A DNA stretch of 32,000 nt from Alkanindiges sp. WGS2144 (lineage in GTDB: Bacteria; Pseudomonadota; Gammaproteobacteria; Pseudomonadales; Moraxellaceae), in assembly GCF_043950625.1 (NCBI RefSeq), contig NZ_CP171007.1; one strand, 5' to 3'. Below the pieces are notes generated by a model. The model was not told the origin of the DNA. It saw only the letters and a program-made list of their open reading frames with translations, and did no database searches. A program made the position numbers and the translations under genes. This document shows positions 21,200 through 29,336 of this stretch, piece after piece. How positions within the stretch are numbered: position 1 is the stretch's first letter; every line of letters begins with the position of its first letter.

Positions 21200-22687
21200 T
21201 TAATCCTGCATCATGGCCTGGCGTACCGCACGATGCCACTGATGCAGGCGCTGCTGACGTTCATCCGTATTCATCTGGGGCTCAAAGCAGCGTTCTAATT
21301 GCCACAGGTGGTGCATATCTTTTGTGCAGCTAAATAAGCCTGCTCCCAGTCCTGCCATCAGGGCGGCTCCGAGGGCTGTGGTTTCCTGTAGCTTTGGCCG
21401 TAATACCGGTACGCCAAGCAAATCGGCCTGAAACTGCATCAATGTATCATTACTACAGGCTCCGCCGTCTACCCGCAATTCGGTTAAAGGTATGGGCGCA
21501 TCCTGTTGCATGGCTGTGAGGACATCCGCCACCTGAAACGCAATAGCTTCAAGGGCAGCACGAGCGATATGACAGCGGTTGGTACCGCGGGTCATCCCTG
21601 TAAACATGGCCCGGGCTTCGCTATCCCAATATGGTGCGCCAAGACCAGTAAAGGCGGGCACCAGAATCACACCATCACTATCCTTAACCTGGCAGGCTAG
21701 CTTTTCGACATCGCTGCTTTTTTGAATAATGCCAAGGCCATCGCGCAGCCATTGTACAATAGCACCCGCCATAAACACGCTGCCCTCTAGCGCATACTGC
21801 GTTGGCATGTCAGGAATTTGCCAGGCCAGTGTAGACAATAACTGATGTTGACTGTATTGCAACTGGCTGCCGGTATTCATCAGCATAAAACAGCCAGTGC
21901 CATAGGTGTTTTTTGCCAAGCCTGCTTCAAAACAGCCTTGACCAAACAGTGCCGATTGCTGATCACCAACTGCCGCGCATACAGGGATTTTTCGCCCCAG
22001 CAAACCATCTGCGGTATGACCAATCAGTCCACCAGATGGCACAATATCAGGTAGTACACTAGGCGGTATATTAAAGTGCTTTAGTAGTTCCTCATCCCAG
22101 TTCTGGGTTTGGATATTCATGAGTAAGGTGCGTGAGGCATTACTCATATCAATCACATGCTGCTCACCGCGTGTTAAATTCCAGATTAGCCAGCTATCTA
22201 CGGTACCAAAGGCCAAATTGTTAGCATCAGCCAGCTGCCTTGCTTCTGGAATGTGTTTCAGCATCCAGACCAGTTTTCCGGCACTAAAATACGGATCAAT
22301 CCGCAGGCCAGTTTTTTGGTTGAGCTTTTTTTCATCCAGCATTTGTTTTTGCTGCTCACACCACTCGGCAGTACGGCGATCCTGCCAGACGATTGCCGGT
22401 GCAATGGGTTTTCCAGTCTGCCTGTTCCAGATAATGGTGGTTTCACGCTGGTTGGTTAAGCCGATGGCTGCGATATCCTGAGCGAGTAGACCAGCCGCTG
22501 CCATAGCTTGTTGAGCAACACCAATCTGGGTATTCCATAGTTCCTGCGCGTCCTGTTCTACCCATCCTGGCTGCGGGGTGCGAATGGCGATTTCACGCTG
22601 GGCTGTGGCTTTAATATTTCCCTTATTATCAAAAATAATGGCACGGCTTGATGTTGTACCCTGATCCAAGGCCAGTAAATAATCCAT
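21200..22687 (-). CDS. glpK: glycerol kinase
   Basis: 495 aa. N-terminus YLLALDQGTTSSRAIIF (FGGY kinase phosphate-1 motif), with FGGY C-terminal motifs also present. Confidence 0.97.
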   Translation of the reverse strand: MDYLLALDQGTTSSRAIIFDNKGNIKATAQREIAIRTPQPGWVEQDAQELWNTQIGVAQQAMAAAGLLAQDIAAIGLTNQRETTIIWNRQTGKPIAPAIVWQDRRTAEWCEQQKQMLDEKKLNQKTGLRIDPYFSAGKLVWMLKHIPEARQLADANNLAFGTVDSWLIWNLTRGEQHVIDMSNASRTLLMNIQTQNWDEELLKHFNIPPSVLPDIVPSGGLIGHTADGLLGRKIPVCAAVGDQQSALFGQGCFEAGLAKNTYGTGCFMLMNTGSQLQYSQHQLLSTLAWQIPDMPTQYALEGSVFMAGAIVQWLRDGLGIIQKSSDVEKLACQVKDSDGVILVPAFTGLGAPYWDSEARAMFTGMTRGTNRCHIARAALEAIAFQVADVLTAMQQDAPIPLTELRVDGGACSNDTLMQFQADLLGVPVLRPKLQETTALGAALMAGLGAGLFSCTKDMHHLWQLERCFEPQMNTDERQQRLHQWHRAVRQAMMQD

Positions 22688-22824
22688 TTTAGTGCATGAT
22701 CCTGCTTGAAGTTTTTAAATCTGGCCTCATTATATACTTAACCCAAAGATAATCAGGTATGTTATGAATTGGTGAAGTCAATAGCACCAAGGCCATTTAA
22801 CCTGTTATACTAGGTGTTCGCATT

Positions 22825-23182
22825 GGGGATGTTCTGGCTTCGACGCTGGTGATGAAACTCAATGATGCATGCCGAGAGCGCATTATCTCTCGTAAATCAA
22901 TCTTGCATTAAAATAGTCGCAAACGACGAAACCTACGCTCTAGCAGCCTAAGGGCTGCTTGTCCGCCCGCCTGAATATCTGTGGTCAGGTAGGCCGACTG
23001 AAGCGCACGCACACAGATCCGCACCGTGTCCTGTCCCGTGACATGGTGTCAAACTTAGGGACTCGCTGCTAACGTCCTGTTCGTTGGGCTGTTAGTAGTT
23101 AAAGCAATAGACGATAACTAAGCATGTAGATTCGTGGGCGTAGTGCTGGCGGACGCGGGTTCAACTCCCGCCATCTCCACCA
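22825..23182 (+). ncRNA. ssrA: transfer-messenger RNA (tmRNA, SsrA)
   Basis: 5' GGGGATGTTCTGGCTTCGACG pairs with the 3' end ...CATCTCCACCA, including the G3.U alanine identity pair. T-arm GGGTTCAACTCCC. The internal tag reading frame at 22919-22951 encodes ANDETYALAA followed by a stop. Confidence 0.95.
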
Positions 23183-23206
23183 TATAGCTTTATTAAACTA
23201 AAACGA

Positions 23207-23242
23207 AAAGCCTTGATTCCACAGTGTTTCAAGGCTTTTTTA
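23207..23242 (+). terminator. rho-independent terminator after ssrA
   Basis: aaagccttga / tcaaggcttt stem followed by a T-run extending to 23242. Confidence 0.8.
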
Positions 23243-23513
23243 ATATTTCTTTTTCACTAAATTTAATTAAGTCTTATTAAAGTTTTAGCAGCAGGCTTTA
23301 AAAATTGGTGCGCTATAAATAAATATGCTTGCTACAAATAGAATATTATTAAGTATAACTATATTTTTAACTTATAGATGAGTTATTTATACATCTTTAA
23401 GATAAGTTTAATTACGCTTGTAATAGTGAAAAGTGTTGTTAAAGTATATGATTATGAGTATATTATTGATCAAATTTGTGAAAAATATAATGGTAAAGCA
23501 GGAGTAAGAAACA

Positions 23514-24095
23514 ATGGATAGCATTATTCGTTTAACTTATGCCAGTATTACGACTTCTAAGCCTGCCACCATTCGGCAAGATTTAATTAATATTTTAGAT
23601 GAAGCACAGGCCCATAACTCCAATCATCAAATTTATGGCGTGCTTTTTTATGGAAGTGACTATTTCTTTCAGTGCTTAGAGGGTAAAAAGGCAGATATTG
23701 ATGCACTGTATGAAAAACTAAATAATGATCCCCGGCATACTAATCTGGCCTTGCTGTCCTATGAGGAAATTAACGCACCGCGTTTTAAAGGCTGGAGCAT
23801 GAAATATGTGATGCATGAGCCGTCTATCCAGCAGTTTTTTGAAAGTAATCAGTGGGAGAAATTTAACCCCTATACGCTGGATAGTGATTTAATTCAGCCT
23901 TTTTTAAATATCCTGCATAGTCATGATGAAAGTATTGCTGGAGAACATGAAGAAGTTTCAGGAAAGCAAATGAGCAAGGGGCAGGTCATTGACTATAAGT
24001 ATGCTCTTTTTATTATTATCTTGGCTTTAGTAATCCTATTGGGGCTTTATTTGGTACTTGACTATTTTCACGCACCAATGTTGGGTAATTTTTAA
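23514..24095 (+). CDS. BLUF-domain blue-light photoreceptor (BlsA-like) with a C-terminal hydrophobic anchor
   Basis: RBS aggag lies upstream. BLUF hallmarks are present: Tyr in RLTYAS, Gln in FFQCLEG, DPRH, and Trp/Met in KGWSMKYV. After an acidic linker there is a single hydrophobic stretch, ALFIIILALVILLGLYLVL, near the C-terminus. Confidence 0.85.
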   Translation: MDSIIRLTYASITTSKPATIRQDLINILDEAQAHNSNHQIYGVLFYGSDYFFQCLEGKKADIDALYEKLNNDPRHTNLALLSYEEINAPRFKGWSMKYVMHEPSIQQFFESNQWEKFNPYTLDSDLIQPFLNILHSHDESIAGEHEEVSGKQMSKGQVIDYKYALFIIILALVILLGLYLVLDYFHAPMLGNF

Positions 24096-24117
24096 AGTTA
24101 GGGTGCTGAGCAATACA

Positions 24118-24153
24118 TTAAGTCGAACACATAAAGAAAATGAATCTCTGCAT
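24118..24153 (-). other. 11-codon mini-ORF with a perfect Shine-Dalgarno (speculative)
   Basis: On the - strand: AGGAGG (24165-24160), 6-nt spacer, then ATG CAG AGA TTC ATT TTC TTT ATG TGT TCG ACT TAA, encoding MQRFIFFMCST. Confidence 0.2.
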
Positions 24154-24345
24154 TTAATACCTCCTGTAGTTACTAACCAGTTTGAAGTATAGCTATAGTC
24201 TTATTTAAGCTTAGAGTTCAGCGATTATATTTGACTGCATACCTGATGCATATATTGGTGGAATCACATGTTCTCACTAAAAGTTATAACATAATTATAA
24301 ATTGCTGCTTAGTTTAGACAGTACTGCGGCATTGAAATGGTTAAG

Positions 24346-24382
24346 GTAAGTTAAAGATAGGCAAATCACTTTTTTAACTTAC
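24346..24382. promoter_or_regulatory. 10-bp perfect inverted repeat in the 5' region of the 84-aa gene
   Basis: gtaagttaaa (24346-24355) and tttaacttac (24373-24382) are separated by 17 nt. The repeat ends 22 nt before the ATG at 24405. Confidence 0.25.
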
Positions 24383-24404
24383 TTCATTTAAACAGGATAT
24401 TAAA

Positions 24405-24659
24405 ATGTCTCAGCAGCAAAAAAATTCATCTCCAGACTCTCTGTCCGCGGATCAGAGCCAAGTTTCTCAGCATAAACATAGCTCGAAAACTGAATATCAA
24501 ACGGCTCGTGCTAACTCACAAGAGCAGTTTGCCAAGCAGTTAAAAGCTGAGCATCAGCAAGAGCTTGATACAGCGGATCATCGCACCGGGAATTTCCGTG
24601 AATTTGACCCTGAGCTGGCGCGTCAACAAGCAGCCAAGCATGGAGATAAAAACTCTTAA
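24405..24659 (+). CDS. small hydrophilic protein (84 aa), unknown function
   Basis: RBS agga lies 8 nt upstream. The sequence is Q/S/K/E/H-rich with no hydrophobic core and is likely disordered. I recognise no family. Confidence 0.5.
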   Translation: MSQQQKNSSPDSLSADQSQVSQHKHSSKTEYQTARANSQEQFAKQLKAEHQQELDTADHRTGNFREFDPELARQQAAKHGDKNS

Positions 24660-24803
24660 ACCGAAGAAGGACAAGTGTAATTTATCAGCGCGTTCAATTG
24701 TAAAACCTTAGCAGGTTGCCGGAATTATAAGAAGTAAATGGCACAGGAATTGTATATGAGCGTTTTGAGATTAGTGTAGAAATGCAGCACTTGGGATTTA
24801 AAT

Positions 24804-25343
24804 ATGACGGCGATGTTTTGCACTATTGGACATTCCAATCGCAGCCTGGAGGAGTTTCTAGGTATGTTGCAGGCCGCGCAGGTTAAGCTGCTGGTTGATG
24901 TGCGTACGTTTCCACGCTCACGCAGCAACCCTGTATTTAATATTGATCACTTACCGGACGATCTAGCGCGGGTGGATATTGGTTACCAGCATTGTGCTGG
25001 TCTTGGCGGACGGCGCCCTAAACAAAAGGATATTGATAGTCACCTTAATGCCATATGGCGAGTATCAGGTTTTCACAATTATGCAGATTATGCGTTAAGT
25101 GATGAGTTTACCGCTGCTTTTAATGCGCTCATTGCGCTGGGTCAAAAAACACGACTGGCCTTAATGTGCTCAGAAGCTGTGTGGTGGCGCTGTCATCGTC
25201 GTATTATTACCGATTATCTATTATTAAATGGATATCTGGTTGACCATTTATTGATGCCTGGAAGAGTTGATCACGCAGTGCCTACAGTGGGGGCAAAGCG
25301 GCTAGATAATGGAAAGGTGATTTATCCTGTAGTTTCGGAATAG
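24804..25343 (+). CDS. DUF488 family protein
   Basis: TIGHSNRSLEEFLGML...LVDVR near the N-terminus and MCSEAVWWRCHRRIITDYL near the C-terminus are the two conserved DUF488 blocks. Confidence 0.8.
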   Translation: MTAMFCTIGHSNRSLEEFLGMLQAAQVKLLVDVRTFPRSRSNPVFNIDHLPDDLARVDIGYQHCAGLGGRRPKQKDIDSHLNAIWRVSGFHNYADYALSDEFTAAFNALIALGQKTRLALMCSEAVWWRCHRRIITDYLLLNGYLVDHLLMPGRVDHAVPTVGAKRLDNGKVIYPVVSE

Positions 25344-25409
25344 TTAATTTATTGATATGAATGAATTAGATCTACTAGGCTGATTCTTATTGTAATCTAT
25401 TGATTTTAT

Positions 25410-25488
<79 letters not shown>

Positions 25489-25498
25489 CAAGGTTGCT

Positions 25499-25526
25499 AG
25501 TGTAGCGCTTTTTAAGCATTTGTCCA
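25499..25526 (-). promoter_or_regulatory. candidate promoter for tRNA-Pro
   Basis: On the - strand: TGGACA (25526-25521), 16-nt spacer, TACACT (25504-25499), about 12 nt upstream of the mature tRNA 5' end. Confidence 0.35.
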
Positions 25527-25561
25527 GTCAGTTCACTATGCACTGCTGCATCTTTAAGCAA

Positions 25562-26578
25562 TTAGTGAGCTGATAGAGTAGTCGGCTGCTTACTAAAGTG
25601 GTCAAGCGTTTGTTGCATGACTGCTAGCGCATTTTCTACATCTTTTAATGTTTTTGCATTGCTACCGCTCAACGCCTGTCGCCATTTACGTGCACCGGGC
25701 AAGCCTTGAAACAAGCCCAAAATATGCCGCGTGATGAATGACAAGGGTGCTCCCTCGCTTAGGCGCTTCGCTATATAAGGCAAAAACTGTTGCATGATTT
25801 CAAAGCGGTCAGGTGCGGATAGGCCATAAAGTTTACCCAACTCTGCCAGTAAATAAGGGTTATGATAAGCCTCACGTCCAATCATTACCCCGTTAACTTG
25901 CTGTAAATGTTGCTGGGTATCTTTAACTGTTTTAATACCCCCATTAATTTCTATAAATAAGTTAGGTCGTTCCTGTTTTAGTCGATAAACATCATCATAA
26001 CGTAATGGGGGAATTTCCCGATTCTCCTTGGGTGATAAACCCTGAAGCAGCGCAATTCGCGCATGTACGATAAAATGAGTGCAACCTGTTTGTGCTACGG
26101 TATCTACAAAATGCAGCATTTCTTCATAGCTTTGCATGTCATCAATACCAATACGATGTTTCACCGTGACTGGAATATTAACGGCATCTTGCATGGTCGC
26201 AATACATTCTGCCACCAGCTCTGGCTCTGCCATTAAACAAGCACCAATTTTATTATTCTGCACCCGGTCACTTGGGCAGCCCACGTTTAAATTGACCTCG
26301 GCATAGCCCCAGTCTTCGGCAATTTTGCTACAGATTGCTAAGTCTTGTGGGTTAGAACCACCCAGCTGCAACACAAGTGGTTGCTCAAATGCATTAAAAT
26401 CCAGATGCCGGTTTTTATCACCATATAAAATGGCGCCGGTAGTAACCATTTCACTATATAGCCAGACATGCGGATTAAACAGGCGTGCAAAATACCTGTA
26501 ATCACGTGTTGTCCAATCCATCATAGGTGCGACGGAGATTCGTTGCGGGGATTTGATAAGTGAAGCAGATGTAGGCAT
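25562..26578 (-). CDS. dusA: tRNA dihydrouridine(20/20a) synthase DusA
   Basis: 338 aa with ISVAPMMDWTTRDYRYF at the N-terminus. TIM-barrel Dus motifs are present, including the catalytic Cys in NLNVGCPS. Confidence 0.93.
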   Translation of the reverse strand: MPTSASLIKSPQRISVAPMMDWTTRDYRYFARLFNPHVWLYSEMVTTGAILYGDKNRHLDFNAFEQPLVLQLGGSNPQDLAICSKIAEDWGYAEVNLNVGCPSDRVQNNKIGACLMAEPELVAECIATMQDAVNIPVTVKHRIGIDDMQSYEEMLHFVDTVAQTGCTHFIVHARIALLQGLSPKENREIPPLRYDDVYRLKQERPNLFIEINGGIKTVKDTQQHLQQVNGVMIGREAYHNPYLLAELGKLYGLSAPDRFEIMQQFLPYIAKRLSEGAPLSFITRHILGLFQGLPGARKWRQALSGSNAKTLKDVENALAVMQQTLDHFSKQPTTLSAH

Positions 26579-26638
26579 GGAAAAGAAATAATATTAAACA
26601 TGCGTATATTTTAAACCATTAAGTTTTAAAAAGCTGCA

Positions 26639-27598
26639 TCAAGCCAGGTTTTCCATGGAAGGAGCAGCAGGCGGTGGGTCAGGCTTTTTAGGGGCAAGGG
26701 TAATCATCAGCACACCGGTAATATTTAAGACACAGCCAAACCACTGAATGGTATTTAGATGCTCTCCCAAAAAGGCTACTGCCAATAGAAGAGTTAAAAT
26801 AGGCCCGCCTGCACTAATTAAGGCGGCTTGTGCCGAACCAATACGCGCAATGCCCTGCATGAGTAACGTAGCAGGCAGAACCGTAGAAAAAAAGCCAAGG
26901 GCAACCCCATACCAGATGACAGTGTCAGGCAAGCTGGAAAGATGTTGTACTGGATTTGGGTTAACCCATAGGTAGTGACCAATCGCTGCAATACATGCCA
27001 CACTCATGGCAAGTCCGGTAAAGCGCCAACTGCCAAAACGCCTGATGAGTGTAGGTGTCATGACCAGATACATGGCATAGGCGATCGCACCGGCAAAGAC
27101 CAGCGAACTGCCCAGTAATATATTATTGGCATGTAATGCTTGCCAGCCTTCCCCCAGCACGACTACCACTGTACCCCCGTAACTCAGTAAGATCGCTAGC
27201 CAGGTTCTAAAAGAAATCTGTTGCTTATAAATGACTGCTGAGGCTAGCACGGTCAGGGTAGGGTATAAAAATAAAATAATGCGCTCTAGTGAAGCGCTGA
27301 TAAACATCAGACCCATAAAATCCAGAATACTGGCCAGATAATAACCAATAAAACCTGCAAGCAGTAGCAGACTCCAGTCCTGAGCGGTGGTTGTCCTAAC
27401 AGGAGATTTGGAAAACAGGGCAATCAGCAGGAAAAATGGCAAAGCGCTCATCATGCGTAGCGCTAGCACAGTCACTGCGTCAGCATCAGGGGATAGTTGG
27501 TAAGTATACTTGATTAAAATGGCTTTGATTGCGAACAAAATCGCCGAGGCCAGCACACAAAATGAGCCAAAAAGCACCACCGAATTAAAGCGTGACAT
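26639..27598 (-). CDS. EamA/DMT-superfamily transporter
   Basis: About 10 TM segments in two EamA-like halves. I prefer the ATG at 27598 (319 aa). The track ORF extends to 27772 through AT-rich sequence that looks like promoter rather than coding. Confidence 0.75.
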   Translation of the reverse strand: MSRFNSVVLFGSFCVLASAILFAIKAILIKYTYQLSPDADAVTVLALRMMSALPFFLLIALFSKSPVRTTTAQDWSLLLLAGFIGYYLASILDFMGLMFISASLERIILFLYPTLTVLASAVIYKQQISFRTWLAILLSYGGTVVVVLGEGWQALHANNILLGSSLVFAGAIAYAMYLVMTPTLIRRFGSWRFTGLAMSVACIAAIGHYLWVNPNPVQHLSSLPDTVIWYGVALGFFSTVLPATLLMQGIARIGSAQAALISAGGPILTLLLAVAFLGEHLNTIQWFGCVLNITGVLMITLAPKKPDPPPAAPSMENLA

Positions 27599-27857
27599 AA
27601 GAAAAATAGGTACAGCAGGGAAGGGTCTAGTTTGTTTTTGAAATAATGCGCTGTCAAGTTTGGCAAAAAATACCACTTTTATAGTTAAAAATATCAAAAA
27701 GTGGGAAAAACCAGAATTATTGGTATTCATGTAAAAAATAGTAGGTACAAATCCAAATGATTTAGAGTACAATCTCTGGCCTTTTACGGAACATTTACTG
27801 GGGGAAGCTTCTTACCCAGAAGCTTTTGCAGACAAAAAACCAGCTTGAGGATCTCTC

Positions 27858-28985
27858 ATGCAGATCGGAATTCCAGCCGAAACGGTTGCCGGCGAAACAC
27901 GCGTCGCGGCAACACCCGAAACGGTTAAAAAATTAACCGCTAGCGGGCATACCGTTGTGATTGAACGTGGTGCAGGCGTCAAAGCCGCTTATATCGACAG
28001 TGCTTTTGAGCAAGCAGGTGCTACGTTAACGGATGATGCCTACACCGGTAGCCAGATTATCTTAAAAGTACGTGCGCCCAAAGGTGACGAGATTAAAAAG
28101 CTTCCTGCCAATAGTATTGTGGTGGCAACTTTCGATCCGCACCGTAATCCAGAGCTGGATGCTTTTGCGGCACAACAAGTGTCTTCATTTGCACTGGAGC
28201 TGTTACCACGTACCTTGTCTCGCGCTCAAAACATGGACGTGTTGTCTTCGCAGGCCAACCTAGCCGGTTATAAATCGGTATTGTTGGCTGCTGCTGAATA
28301 TCAGCGTATGTTTCCTATGCTGATGACCGCAGCAGGTACTGTAAAGCCTGCCCGTGTGGTGATTATGGGTGTTGGTGTTGCAGGCTTGCAGGCCATTGCA
28401 ACCGCCAAGCGTCTGGGTGCTGTGGTAGAAGCGACAGACCTGCGTCCAACGGCTAAGGATCAGGTTGAGTCACTGGGCGGTAAATGGCTAGACGTGCCAA
28501 TGTCTGATGAAGAAAAAGCCCGTGCCGCCGAAGCTGCCAAGAGCGGTTATGGCTGGCAGCCTGGCGAGCAATACATCAAAGATCAGGCAGCGATTGTGGA
28601 CAAAGCGGTGTCTAACGCCGATATCGTGATTACCACTGCGTTAATTCCTGGCCGCAATGCACCGCGCTTAATTAACGCGACGACAGTTGCCAAAATGAAA
28701 CCTGGCTCTGTGATTCTGGATATGGCAGTTGAAACTGGTGGCAACGTAGAAGGTTCTGCTGTTGGTGAAACTGTAGTGACCGAAAATGGCGTTAAGATTC
28801 TGGGTATTCCAAATATTCCAGCCACACTGGCTACCGAAGCCTCAGCATTATATGCACGTAACGTTTTGAATTTTGTTGAAACTTTATTTGACAAAGATAA
28901 AAATCTTGTTTTGAACCAGGATGATGAAATTCAAAAAGCTCTGCTGATTACCCATGGCGGCCAAGTGCTGCTTAAGCGCGGTTAA
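27858..28985 (+). CDS. pntAA: NAD(P) transhydrogenase subunit alpha, part 1 (dI domain)
   Basis: N-terminus [26 protein letters not shown] and the Rossmann motif [18 protein letters not shown]. Confidence 0.95.
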   Translation: MQIGIPAETVAGETRVAATPETVKKLTASGHTVVIERGAGVKAAYIDSAFEQAGATLTDDAYTGSQIILKVRAPKGDEIKKLPANSIVVATFDPHRNPELDAFAAQQVSSFALELLPRTLSRAQNMDVLSSQANLAGYKSVLLAAAEYQRMFPMLMTAAGTVKPARVVIMGVGVAGLQAIATAKRLGAVVEATDLRPTAKDQVESLGGKWLDVPMSDEEKARAAEAAKSGYGWQPGEQYIKDQAAIVDKAVSNADIVITTALIPGRNAPRLINATTVAKMKPGSVILDMAVETGGNVEGSAVGETVVTENGVKILGIPNIPATLATEASALYARNVLNFVETLFDKDKNLVLNQDDEIQKALLITHGGQVLLKRG

Positions 28986-28996
28986 GGAGTAGCATC

Positions 28997-29323
28997 ATGG
29001 TTGAAACTATTACTATTTTTGTACTAGCCATTTTTGTGGGTTATTACGTGGTGTGGGGTGTAACGCCTGCATTGCATACGCCGCTTATGGCAGTAACCAA
29101 TGCCCTGTCTTCCATTATTATTGTAGGTGCCATGCTGCAAACAGTAGGCCTGCCTGTAGTGGGTATAGAGGCGAATGTTGCGTTTCAGAGCATTAATACA
29201 GTAAGTGTTCTGGGCGCAGTTGCCGTGTTTCTGGCAAGTATTAATATTTTTGGTGGTTTTGCAGTAACAGCACGCATGCTGGAAATGTTTAAGCCAAAAG
29301 CCAAAAAAGCAGTAAAAGACTAA
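28997..29323 (+). CDS. pntAB: NAD(P) transhydrogenase subunit alpha, part 2 (membrane dII segment)
   Basis: 108 aa with 3-4 TM helices. It sits between pntAA and pntB, and RBS aaggag lies upstream. Confidence 0.9.
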   Translation: MVETITIFVLAIFVGYYVVWGVTPALHTPLMAVTNALSSIIIVGAMLQTVGLPVVGIEANVAFQSINTVSVLGAVAVFLASINIFGGFAVTARMLEMFKPKAKKAVKD

Positions 29324-29336
29324 GGGGCGTTAATCC

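Noticed and set aside
23183-25409. An intact genomic island integrated at ssrA or tRNA-Pro.
   Set aside because: There is no integrase, excisionase or mobility gene. By eye I found no direct-repeat copy of the ssrA 3' end (…catctccacca) or the tRNA-Pro 3' end. Only the weaker 'variable islet' idea is kept as a finding.
27599-27772. 58-aa N-terminal extension of the EamA transporter ORF, and an 8-bp inverted repeat ccactttt/aaaagtgg (27673-27704) inside it.
   Set aside because: The extension runs through very AT-rich sequence that looks like the divergent EamA/pntA promoter region. The inverted repeat is short and AT-rich, so I do not call it an operator.
27810-27840. Duplicated gaagctt (HindIII-palindrome) motifs and a ctggg/cccag stem just upstream of pntAA.
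   Set aside because: The elements are short and carry no recognisable riboswitch or operator signature. They are probably part of an ordinary 5' UTR.
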